Of a DNA stretch of 32,000 nt, positions 1 to 7,702 are shown piece by piece. Within the stretch, counting starts at the first letter, position 1, and every line of letters begins with the position of its first letter. Origin of the DNA: Candidatus Poseidoniaceae archaeon (GTDB taxonomy: Archaea > Thermoplasmatota > Poseidoniia > Poseidoniales > Poseidoniaceae); NCBI GenBank assembly GCA_943789275.1, contig CALSTM010000001.1, positions 90,001 through 122,000 of the forward strand. Reading direction: 5' to 3'. The notes under the pieces were generated by a model that was not told where the DNA came from, did no database searches, and worked only from the letters and a program-made list of their open reading frames with translations. A program made the translations under genes and the position numbers.

Positions 1-2
1 TC

Positions 3-2510
3 GTCAACACTGGTAACGCTCCTACTGATTATGAGATTTGGTTGGACAATTCACTCGCTGGCGATGTTGATTTCCAAATTGAATCACCGAGCAGTTCCAG
101 TCTTTTCATTGCAGCGGGTTACGAAGAAACCATTCGGGTTGAGATGAACGCAAATGACGAAGCGGATTCGGATGGATTCTACATGACGACCGTTTGGGTC
201 TCGGCCAACAACGGCCAGATTCTTCTCTCGGCCAACATCGTGGCCAACATCACTGAAAACCATTCCATTGCCATCACAGCTCCGGAACAAATGGCAGTTA
301 CTCCAGGCCAGATGGAACAAGTTGAGTTCGGCATTGTCAATCTCGGTAATCTTCAGGAAACTGTTGGAATCAACTTGACTGTCGAAGGTAATATTTCTCT
401 CTCAAAGTATCAACTCACTGAAACGATTCCGATTGACCAAACTTACTCAGACAGCGTGAATGTTGCGATTCCAAGCCTTGGCGGGACCGATACACTCGTT
501 CAAGGGTCAGTGTACAACCTCACGATTACAGCGATTAATTCGACCACTGGAATTGTATACAGTTCGCACACTGTGGAACTGCTGATTCAACCGTTGTTCA
601 TCGTCGAATCTACTGACTGGCCTTCTGTGATGGAGTTCCAACCGAAATCGACTCGGACTTGGGAGGTGACGCTCACCAATACTGGAAATAAAGACGTTAC
701 AGTGAATGCAGTGTATGCCATAACTCGTCCTGGTCTTACGAATTTGTCCACCGATTGGGAAATGATTACACAACCCTCACTCATTGTATTGCCGCGTAAC
801 ACTCCAGTTGTGCACACATTTACTGCCGTCGGAACTGTGAATCAGCCTCTGCTTTCATTGACTGCGGATTTGACACTGTTCCTTGACCCCACTGAAACGG
901 AAGTTGAAGGCAGTGGTGAATTCAAAACGCAGTTGATCATGTCGAGGTTCTTTTCAACCGGCGATATTGGTATTGAACCGGACATCAACAGCGATGTTGT
1001 CGATGTGTTCTTGCCGTACACGAACATTCCAACAGGCAACGGCAGTGAAGTTGCGTACATGATTGAACTCTGTGACTCGGAACGCTTGTTAGATCTCGGT
1101 GCAATGGGTCTTTCTGAGTTTGAGTATTCGTGGAACTTTACGCTCATTGTCGACAAGTTTGATGGAACTTCTGATGAACATCCACTCAACCTTGAGCAGG
1201 AATGTGGTGCAGCTTCCCTCGGGCCCACCTCACGATACAATCTACTCGAACTCGAAGCGTGGAACCCATCCAGTATCCGTATTCAAGCAGAAACTCCAAC
1301 CAAAGGGTTCATTCTACCTGGCGACGGATGGGACTTAACTTTCAGACTTTATCATCCGGATGAAAACAACGGTTACACCGTTTACGATGAGGAAACATTC
1401 GCGCTGGTATTAGCTGTCTTTGCAGACCCAATGATCAAGAGTATTTCTTCCAACGATGGACGGTTCCAAGAAGGCACTGAGAGCACGATTACGGTCGTTG
1501 TACAGAACGTCGGTTCGGCAACTGCACTCGATGTTATGGTTGACTTGCAGTGTGAAGGGCTGACTGTCTCAAGCGATCCATCGAATCGCCCTGTGCTCTT
1601 GAACCGTTCAGTGTCAAGTGGACTCAATTATTCGATGATTCCATTCTTCTTTGCGACGCAAGAACGAACGCTCACATGGGTCGTGACTGCAGATTCCATC
1701 GACTGGTGGTCTCAACGTTCGGAGGCAACCTGTGTGGCGACACTGAATGCCTCCTTCATGGAAAACAATGTCGTGGAGAACGACCAGATGACGTTGAAAG
1801 AAGATGTCATCTCTTGGTCACCTGGTGTCTCAAGCAGTTTCGTTGCAGCTATCACTTGTTTGCTCGTTTCAATGATTCTGTTCCGGTTGACATCACAAAA
1901 CGATAATTTCCGTCTCTTGGCCATCTATGCTGGTGTCATTGGCTTCGGCTTCTCCTTCCATGTATTCCAATTCGCATGGTGGGGCTTTGTGGTCTTGACA
2001 CTGGCTGCATTATGGATTTGGAGAATGACTTGGAAGAGCACAGATGAGTTCCGCCTCCTTCACGAGGACTACCAGCGTGCCCGAAGAGGTATCTCTACAC
2101 TCTATGCTGATCATTTCGAAGAACTTGCAAGCAGCCGTCGGCAACTCCGTACTATTCTCGGTATGCCTGTCCTCGGCATGCTAGCGATTATCCTTGGATT
2201 GCCCCCTATGCTCGCTGAAGATCAAACCAACGTCGTCAGCATTGCAGCCTATGTTATCGTCGTCATGGCTGGAGTTTGGTACCTCATCAACCGTGCCAAC
2301 AACATGTACGGTGCGCTTTATGGACGCCTCACCGATATCGAAGTTAAAGCGGTTCGAATTGAACGAGACTTGGGCGACCCTGCTCGTCTGTTCAACGAAC
2401 TCGCTGGCGACGGATTGAACCTCGATGATATCTTTGGGGCTGTTGAGGCTTCTCAGCCATTGACTCCGGAAAATCTGTTCTCAAATGAGGAGGTGAACGA
2501 TGATGCCTGA
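3..2510 (+). CDS. Large surface/membrane protein, 5'-truncated by the window edge. CARDB/NEW3-like beta-sandwich segments followed by 4-5 C-terminal TM helices (COG1470-like architecture).
   Basis: The frame is open from nt 3 with no stop before the TTG at 42, so the gene starts upstream of the window. Strand patterns such as WEVTLTNTGNKDVTV and ITVVVQNVGSATALDVMVDL are typical of CARDB/NEW3 folds. By eye there are at least 12 N-X-S/T sequons. C-terminal hydrophobic helices include FVAAITCLLVSMILF, LLAIYAGVIGFGFSF, WWGFVVLTLAALWIW, PVLGMLAIILGLPPML and IAAYVIVVMAGVWYLI. Confidence 0.7.
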   Translation, partial: VNTGNAPTDYEIWLDNSLAGDVDFQIESPSSSSLFIAAGYEETIRVEMNANDEADSDGFYMTTVWVSANNGQILLSANIVANITENHSIAITAPEQMAVTPGQMEQVEFGIVNLGNLQETVGINLTVEGNISLSKYQLTETIPIDQTYSDSVNVAIPSLGGTDTLVQGSVYNLTITAINSTTGIVYSSHTVELLIQPLFIVESTDWPSVMEFQPKSTRTWEVTLTNTGNKDVTVNAVYAITRPGLTNLSTDWEMITQPSLIVLPRNTPVVHTFTAVGTVNQPLLSLTADLTLFLDPTETEVEGSGEFKTQLIMSRFFSTGDIGIEPDINSDVVDVFLPYTNIPTGNGSEVAYMIELCDSERLLDLGAMGLSEFEYSWNFTLIVDKFDGTSDEHPLNLEQECGAASLGPTSRYNLLELEAWNPSSIRIQAETPTKGFILPGDGWDLTFRLYHPDENNGYTVYDEETFALVLAVFADPMIKSISSNDGRFQEGTESTITVVVQNVGSATALDVMVDLQCEGLTVSSDPSNRPVLLNRSVSSGLNYSMIPFFFATQERTLTWVVTADSIDWWSQRSEATCVATLNASFMENNVVENDQMTLKEDVISWSPGVSSSFVAAITCLLVSMILFRLTSQNDNFRLLAIYAGVIGFGFSFHVFQFAWWGFVVLTLAALWIWRMTWKSTDEFRLLHEDYQRARRGISTLYADHFEELASSRRQLRTILGMPVLGMLAIILGLPPMLAEDQTNVVSIAAYVIVVMAGVWYLINRANNMYGALYGRLTDIEVKAVRIERDLGDPARLFNELAGDGLNLDDIFGAVEASQPLTPENLFSNEEVNDDA

Positions 2511-3585
2511 TGAAGAAATCATTGACCCTTCGCTTGAGGAAAAAAGACTGGATGAAATGCCTCAGTTCGAAGACGAGGAACTTCCGTCTTCGATTGAATC
2601 CAACGGTACGACTGCGGATACTCCGGAAGGTACTGCCACCCAAACATCAGATGCAGCCGTTGAGGCACCTCCAATGCCTCCGATGCCCGCCTCGTCCTCC
2701 CAGCCAGAACGCCCATTACCTCGCGAAATGGAAACAATGGTACTCGGTATTGCACAAGATGATACGAACTCTCTTGCAGGTACTGAACTTGAAATCAGTG
2801 AGGCAAAGAATTTCTTACAGACCCACAAGCTTCGCCGAGCCTTGTCAAGTGTCGACAAGGCGGAGTCATCGCTTGCTGTCCTCGAAGAAGATGTCCTGTA
2901 TTTGCGAAGAAACATTGCCATGCTCCACCGCTTACTCAATGAAAAGAAAATCAGTGAGAACGATATTGAAACGATTCTTCTTCGCTTGAGGAGTGCTACC
3001 GGTGCTGCTGAAATTGGTGACGTGGGTGGTGCTGCAGGTGAAGTGGAATTCCTTGTTGACGATTTAATCGGTGGCAATACTTCAACCCTCAATCCATTCC
3101 TCTTCCGGCATTTTTGGATGGGTCTCGAAACACGTTGGCCTGCTGGTGGCGATGAGGGTGTATTGGTCGTGCGCATCATTAACGACGGGCCAGTAGCAAT
3201 GCCACCAATGCGTCTTTCTCCACCTGTCCCGGACGGCTGGTCTTCTACACCTTCATCGGTTGACTTACCGACAATTGCACCCGGAGGTAATTTGCCTGTT
3301 CGGTTCAATGTCTCTGCGAACCGCCGGTACGGTGCAGATGAAATTCCATTGTCTCGTAAACTGGCAATCACGACTGGCTATGAAATTCGAACCGGTGAAG
3401 TTTTTGTCACCATACGTGCACAAAATCGCTCGATGGAACCTCTCGCAGATATCCTTCTCTCGCCTTGGTTCCCTCCAGGTTACACCGCAGATGCAGTTCC
3501 ATTTGTGGAACGTCTTGCTCCTGACGAAGTGGCGATTATTCGTATCCCACTTCGTATCACAATGAGTTCTGGAGGTTCTTCTTAA
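2500..3585 (+). CDS. Hypothetical protein: acidic/Pro-rich N-terminus, central coiled-coil-like helix, C-terminal NEW3/CARDB-like domain.
   Basis: The ATGATG at 2500 overlaps the upstream stop by 11 nt on the same strand. It contains a heptad-like stretch, LAVLEEDVLYLRRNIAMLHRLLNEKK. The C-terminal PPVPDGWSSTPSSVDLPTIAPGGNLPVRFNVSA resembles the P-x-GW...PG-x-S...V motif of NEW3-type beta-sandwiches. No signal peptide or TM helix is seen. Confidence 0.6.
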   Translation: MMPDEEIIDPSLEEKRLDEMPQFEDEELPSSIESNGTTADTPEGTATQTSDAAVEAPPMPPMPASSSQPERPLPREMETMVLGIAQDDTNSLAGTELEISEAKNFLQTHKLRRALSSVDKAESSLAVLEEDVLYLRRNIAMLHRLLNEKKISENDIETILLRLRSATGAAEIGDVGGAAGEVEFLVDDLIGGNTSTLNPFLFRHFWMGLETRWPAGGDEGVLVVRIINDGPVAMPPMRLSPPVPDGWSSTPSSVDLPTIAPGGNLPVRFNVSANRRYGADEIPLSRKLAITTGYEIRTGEVFVTIRAQNRSMEPLADILLSPWFPPGYTADAVPFVERLAPDEVAIIRIPLRITMSSGGSS

Positions 3586-3599
3586 CTCAATCCTTTTCC

Positions 3600-3641
3600 A
3601 CCCTATATGGGGGATAAAAAATTAAAAAATGGTGAAAAAAT
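3600..3641 (+). promoter_or_regulatory. Putative archaellin promoter and ribosome-binding region.
   Basis: This is a 56-nt AT-rich gap after the stop at 3585. It has a TATA-like ctatatgg (3603-3610), an A-rich tract (3613-3630), and a GGTGA Shine-Dalgarno (3631-3635) 6 nt before ATG 3642. Confidence 0.4.
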
Positions 3642-4181
3642 ATGAAAGAAAATACGAACGAAAATAGCGATAATATCGCTGCAATTGGTATCGGTGCAAT
3701 GATTGTGTTCATTGCCCTGATTTTGGTTGCGGCGGTTGCAGCAGCGGTTATTATTCAAACCGCTGAGAAATTGCAACAGAATGCACAAACAACCGGTGAA
3801 GAAACGACATCCTTGCTGTCCTCGAAAGTGGTCATCAAGAACGTCATGATTCCAACAGCTGGTGAATTGTTCATTACCTTTGAACTGGCTCCAGGCTCAG
3901 ATTCAATCGATCCTTCAAACATCGATTGGAACATTGTCTGTACTGCTGGTGTTGATGCTGGTGACTTTACGTCCACAAGCCTCGTTGGAGTGACTGCTCT
4001 AAGCAACCCACTGCTCCCAGGCTCAACCTACGATGTAACGCTACCAACTGCTGACCTAGATGACTGCGCTCCTTCGTCGAACGCAGACCACACATTGATT
4101 ATTCAATCAGGCGCCGGAGGTTTCACATATGAAACTTTGAATTATGGTGCTGATATTTCTTCGGGGGCGAAAGTAATATGA
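3642..4181 (+). CDS. flaB: Archaellin (archaeal flagellin) FlaB/ArlB, paralog 1.
   Basis: The N-terminus MKENTNENSDNIAAIGIGAMIVFIALILVAAVAAAVIIQTAEKLQQNAQTTG has a short polar class-III signal plus the conserved hydrophobic archaellin core (GIG-x-IVFIA-x-LVAAVAA). Confidence 0.9.
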   Translation: MKENTNENSDNIAAIGIGAMIVFIALILVAAVAAAVIIQTAEKLQQNAQTTGEETTSLLSSKVVIKNVMIPTAGELFITFELAPGSDSIDPSNIDWNIVCTAGVDAGDFTSTSLVGVTALSNPLLPGSTYDVTLPTADLDDCAPSSNADHTLIIQSGAGGFTYETLNYGADISSGAKVI

Positions 4182-4834
4182 AGTCAAATACTCGTAACGA
4201 TATTCAAGAAGACAAAATCGCTGCTATCGGTATCGGTGCAATGATTGTCTTTATCGCTTTGATTTTGGTTGCAGCAGTTGCTGCAGCAGTCATTATTCAA
4301 ACTGCAGAAAAACTCCAACAAAATGCTCAAACCACCGGTGACGACACCGCTGACAATATGGCCGGTAAGGTCCTCATTTCAGCAGGATTTGTCGCTAATG
4401 GCGGTGCCGGTAACAATGTAGGCAACGCTTTCTCAGCTACTGAAGCATACATGTTCCAGGTCCGCCTGGCACCTGGTAGCGAACCTGCGCCAATCGACGA
4501 AATTTCGTTCCAGTTCTTCTGTGACGACGGTGTAGTCGAAGGGTTCATTGGTGACCCAGACGGTGCAGGAGTCGCATTCACTGCAGCGGGTTCTGTTGCC
4601 GAGATGAATGAAAACGACCCTGCGGCAAATGCACTTGATTCGGCGACTGGTGTTATGGATCCAGGTACCGGATACGTCATGTGGATTGATGCTAACGACA
4701 ACGGAAACGCTGTCGATTGCAGTGCTGCTGGTGGAGATACGAATGTTCAACTCTACCTTCACGTTGGTAGTGGTGGAACGACCTTCCAAACCTTAGACAT
4801 CGGAAACACAGCTGCTGGGTCTCTCGTCATCTGA
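4178..4834 (+). CDS. flaB: Archaellin FlaB/ArlB, paralog 2.
   Basis: ATGA start/stop overlap with paralog 1. It carries the same 41-aa core, IAAIGIGAMIVFIALILVAAVAAAVIIQTAEKLQQNAQTTG, followed by a divergent C-terminal domain. Confidence 0.9.
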   Translation: MKSNTRNDIQEDKIAAIGIGAMIVFIALILVAAVAAAVIIQTAEKLQQNAQTTGDDTADNMAGKVLISAGFVANGGAGNNVGNAFSATEAYMFQVRLAPGSEPAPIDEISFQFFCDDGVVEGFIGDPDGAGVAFTAAGSVAEMNENDPAANALDSATGVMDPGTGYVMWIDANDNGNAVDCSAAGGDTNVQLYLHVGSGGTTFQTLDIGNTAAGSLVI

Positions 4835-4842
4835 TTGCATCT

Positions 4843-4876
4843 AAGGGCACCAATGCCGAAAGGCATTACCGCCCTT
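4843..4876 (+). promoter_or_regulatory. Intra-operon stem-loop directly after the archaellin genes (possible attenuator or mRNA 3'-end stabiliser).
   Basis: The sequence is AAGGGC-ACC-AATGCC-GAAA-GGCATT-ACC-GCCCTT. That gives two 6-bp helices, a symmetric 3x3 internal loop and a GAAA tetraloop. It starts 9 nt after the flaB2 stop, and its 3' arm abuts the GGAGG (4878-4882) of the next gene. Confidence 0.4.
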
Positions 4877-4889
4877 GGGAGGATTTATC

Positions 4890-5738
4890 ATGGCATGGCC
4901 ATTTAGCGGTAACGCAGATAAAAATCGAGATGCAGATGCAGATCTTACGGAGGAACGACTCAAGATAATGGCAAACATCGCCATTGAACAAGTCCCTCTT
5001 CCTGAAGAAGGAGAACTCAGTGAAGACGATGCGTGGACAATCAGTCCAAGTCCGACACGGGCTCGCATGAACAGCGTTGGAAGTGTTCCAACAGTTGCGG
5101 CAACTCTTGCCCCTTCGACACCTGTTCCTACGGCTACAACCGTCGATACTTCTGGATTAGAACGTCTCATTAGCAGTCGCCTTGACATGGTCGAGGATGT
5201 TCTGAGAATGGTCGAAGTTCGATTGGATACACCCGCAGCAACACCAGTTATGGACGCTGAAGGAAATCCGATAGCAACAACAGAATCTATGGACGGAGAA
5301 TCCATGATGAGTGGAGATACCATCGTCACTGCAAGCGGCGAAACAATATCCGCCTCTGGAATGGATCGTTTGAAGAGCGTTGATGAAGCCCCACTCGTGG
5401 AACTGTATGAAGCGCAAGCACTGGCTGCGAATCCTTTCTTGCATGCACCATCTACTGGTGCAACAACGAAGGCGAATCAGGTTGGTGCACCTACCGTTTC
5501 AGCATTACTTCTTGACAGTATGTCAGGCATGGCAGCGGTTAGTTTCGCGCAGAAAGCAATGTCCTCAGGAATGTTGTCCGAACATGAAGGACGAGCCGTC
5601 CTTGCTATTGTTCAACTGGCAGCTCCTGGTGAATCCGAAGCGGCTTTAGATGATCATCTATCGCACAAGGAATTGTTGGTTTTCTCCTCGTTAATCAGTT
5701 CATGGCGTGAAGTTCAGTCACTTCGAGGTGAACTCTGA
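4890..5738 (+). CDS. Hypothetical protein in the operon position normally held by FlaC/D/E. No family recognised.
   Basis: The ATG at 4890 is 7 nt downstream of GGAGG (4878-4882); the TTG at 4875 in the ORF track lies inside the hairpin and is less likely. The product is Ala/Ser/Thr/Pro-rich and acidic, with no TM helix. It is flanked on the same strand by flaB2 and flaF. Confidence 0.6.
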   Translation: MAWPFSGNADKNRDADADLTEERLKIMANIAIEQVPLPEEGELSEDDAWTISPSPTRARMNSVGSVPTVAATLAPSTPVPTATTVDTSGLERLISSRLDMVEDVLRMVEVRLDTPAATPVMDAEGNPIATTESMDGESMMSGDTIVTASGETISASGMDRLKSVDEAPLVELYEAQALAANPFLHAPSTGATTKANQVGAPTVSALLLDSMSGMAAVSFAQKAMSSGMLSEHEGRAVLAIVQLAAPGESEAALDDHLSHKELLVFSSLISSWREVQSLRGEL

Positions 5739-5739
5739 T

Positions 5740-6444
5740 ATGGGTGCTTCGGCTGGAATTGGCGGTCTCATTATTGGGATCGCAATGCTGGTGGTCTTCA
5801 CTATGGCCATCTCAGCATTTGATGCTCAAGTTGCAACCGGATTGGATGCAATTGAGAGCGCTTCAGTTCCAGACCCGAGTTTTACCATCGACGATGTAAA
5901 TCTTGAACAGCATGTCATTCATGAAGTTTCAATAAATGCGACGAATCGAGGAACTGGCTACGTTGATGGTATTTTGAGAGCGAACGTTGGTTCGGACGAG
6001 TGTGGTGGATTTTCTGCTAACTTCTCGACGACAGGTGGCGAAATCGATGTAGGAAATGTGGTTATCACCAACCACGGTTTCTGCCCAGATTCATCCACAC
6101 CAACATGGACAATTCTTGATACGTCGCTCAATGTTCAAACCCCAACGACGGTAGCTAATTTCTCGGCACCAGTCTTCCGACAGTATATTTATGCAAACAT
6201 CACGAATCAGGGTGAAGACCTGCTTAAGACCGATGAAGTTTGGGTATTCTACGATGGAGAAGAGCCCGAGACACTTACTGGTTCACAAGACTCTGTGCGA
6301 TCTGAAATCGCCGGATTCGGCACCAATTGGTACTCTGGTCAAACGCTTCAATTGTTTTGGGATGATGAATCCAGTTCGAACACAGAATATGAACGGTTGG
6401 CATTCACTGCTGGACCGACAACTTTGGTGCGTTCCACATCTTGA
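5740..6444 (+). CDS. flaF: FlaF/ArlF-like archaellum stator protein.
   Basis: The ATG at 5740 is 8 nt after GAGGTGA (5725-5731) and 1 nt after the upstream stop. The N-terminus MGASAGIGGLIIGIAMLVVFTMAISAF matches the MGFS...hydrophobic-helix start of FlaF. It sits before flaG-H-I-J as in euryarchaeal operons. At 234 aa it is longer than typical FlaF. Confidence 0.65.
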   Translation: MGASAGIGGLIIGIAMLVVFTMAISAFDAQVATGLDAIESASVPDPSFTIDDVNLEQHVIHEVSINATNRGTGYVDGILRANVGSDECGGFSANFSTTGGEIDVGNVVITNHGFCPDSSTPTWTILDTSLNVQTPTTVANFSAPVFRQYIYANITNQGEDLLKTDEVWVFYDGEEPETLTGSQDSVRSEIAGFGTNWYSGQTLQLFWDDESSSNTEYERLAFTAGPTTLVRSTS

Positions 6445-6453
6445 GGTTATCTT

Positions 6454-6960
6454 ATGGCTGACGGCGGAGTTTCAACTTACATCATGTTGATTACAGCATT
6501 GCTGGTTTCCAGCTCTGTTAGTGCGGTTTTGATACAAGAATGGTCCTCTACATCAAGGATAATTCAGCAGCAACAGCGAGGCTTACAACTTACTGAAGAA
6601 TTGGGTATCGATTTTGCGGGTGACCCTATGAATGTCAACATTGACAGAAGTGGAACTGAACATGAAATTACTTTTTATGTGCTGAATACTGGAGAACACC
6701 CTATGGACCAAACTAAATTTCAAGTCCTTGTAGACGGTCTTGCGATACCGAACACTGCCGTTTCAATTTCATTTGTTGGAACTCCTACACCCACAGAATG
6801 GAATCCGAATGTTCTCATTGAAGTGGCCGTAACGAATACTTCGTTCAATTCCTATACAGACAACACCGACATTAGCGTGTTTGTGACGGCAACCTCGGAA
6901 GTCGTTTCAGGCGTCTCGTCGAGTGCAAGTTTCAACCAAGAGGTGCGTTTGAATGGATGA
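6454..6960 (+). CDS. flaG: FlaG/ArlG-like archaellum stator protein.
   Basis: GAGGT (6444-6448) precedes ATG 6454. It has an N-terminal archaellin-like helix, STYIMLITALLVSSSVSAVLI, followed by a beta-rich soluble domain. It lies directly upstream of and overlaps flaH. Confidence 0.65.
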   Translation: MADGGVSTYIMLITALLVSSSVSAVLIQEWSSTSRIIQQQQRGLQLTEELGIDFAGDPMNVNIDRSGTEHEITFYVLNTGEHPMDQTKFQVLVDGLAIPNTAVSISFVGTPTPTEWNPNVLIEVAVTNTSFNSYTDNTDISVFVTATSEVVSGVSSSASFNQEVRLNG

Positions 6961-7693
6961 ACACGTCAAAGATGATCCTTTCGTCACCGCTCACAAGCCA
7001 AAGGAAGACGGCTTCCCGTACGAACTGGAAACTGATTCCCTTGCTGACTCGATGGGTTTGCGTATGCCGAACCGTTCGCTGTATGTGTTGCAAGGTGCTG
7101 TTGGTGGAGGTAAATCTCTCCTTTCGCAACGCCTTGCTTTTGGACTTGCCGAAAACGGTGTTAAAGTTCTGGTCATCACCACTGAATTAACAACTCGAGG
7201 ATGGGTTGAGCAAATGGAATCTCTCGGATACGGGGTAACTGACTTCATTCGAGAGGGTAAACTCTTGGTGTTCAGCCGATTTGGAACCATAGCGGAATCA
7301 TTGCCAAATGTTGGTCTTGAGGAAGTTCTGGAATCCGAAGCGATTGAATTGGCAGACGTCGTCATCATCGATTCAGCAAGTTCAATCATGCCGGATGACC
7401 TCAACGATGTCAGTCGCTTCCAGTTGATGCAAAAATTGCGTCAAGTTTGCTCCCATGGACGTTCTTTAATGCTCTGTGTAGACCCTGATGAAATGGACCA
7501 CAAATTAATGCACACTTTACGGGCTTCTGCTGAAGTTGTTCTTGATTTACAAACTGCGATGATTGGTGGCGAAATTAAGCGTAACATTGTCATTACTCGT
7601 TTTTTACGAGCGGCAGGACCGATTCAAACATCCATTGGATGGCGTGTGGAGCCTGGAATGGGCTTCATCGTTGATATTACGGCGGTTAGCTGA
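6953..7693 (+). CDS. flaH: FlaH/ArlH, KaiC/RecA-like ATP-binding archaellum protein.
   Basis: Walker A is LQGAVGGGKS and a Walker B-like motif is ADVVIIDSAS. It is about 245 aa and sits immediately upstream of flaI. Its start overlaps the flaG stop. Confidence 0.85.
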   Translation: MDEHVKDDPFVTAHKPKEDGFPYELETDSLADSMGLRMPNRSLYVLQGAVGGGKSLLSQRLAFGLAENGVKVLVITTELTTRGWVEQMESLGYGVTDFIREGKLLVFSRFGTIAESLPNVGLEEVLESEAIELADVVIIDSASSIMPDDLNDVSRFQLMQKLRQVCSHGRSLMLCVDPDEMDHKLMHTLRASAEVVLDLQTAMIGGEIKRNIVITRFLRAAGPIQTSIGWRVEPGMGFIVDITAVS

Positions 7694-7702
7694 TGAGGTG
7701 TT

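Noticed and set aside
2562-3371. Antisense ORF of 269 aa, and a shifted plus-frame ORF at 2510-2989, inside the 361-aa gene.
   Set aside because: The products are Ser/Arg/Pro-rich shadow sequences. The sense ORF fits the operon orientation, overlaps its upstream neighbour in a coupled fashion and has recognisable domain-like motifs.
4841-5329. Minus-strand ORF of 162 aa opposite the unknown archaellum-operon gene.
   Set aside because: The plus-strand ORF is longer, has a GGAGG RBS at ideal spacing and is co-oriented and coupled with flaF. The minus ORF is a low-complexity shadow.
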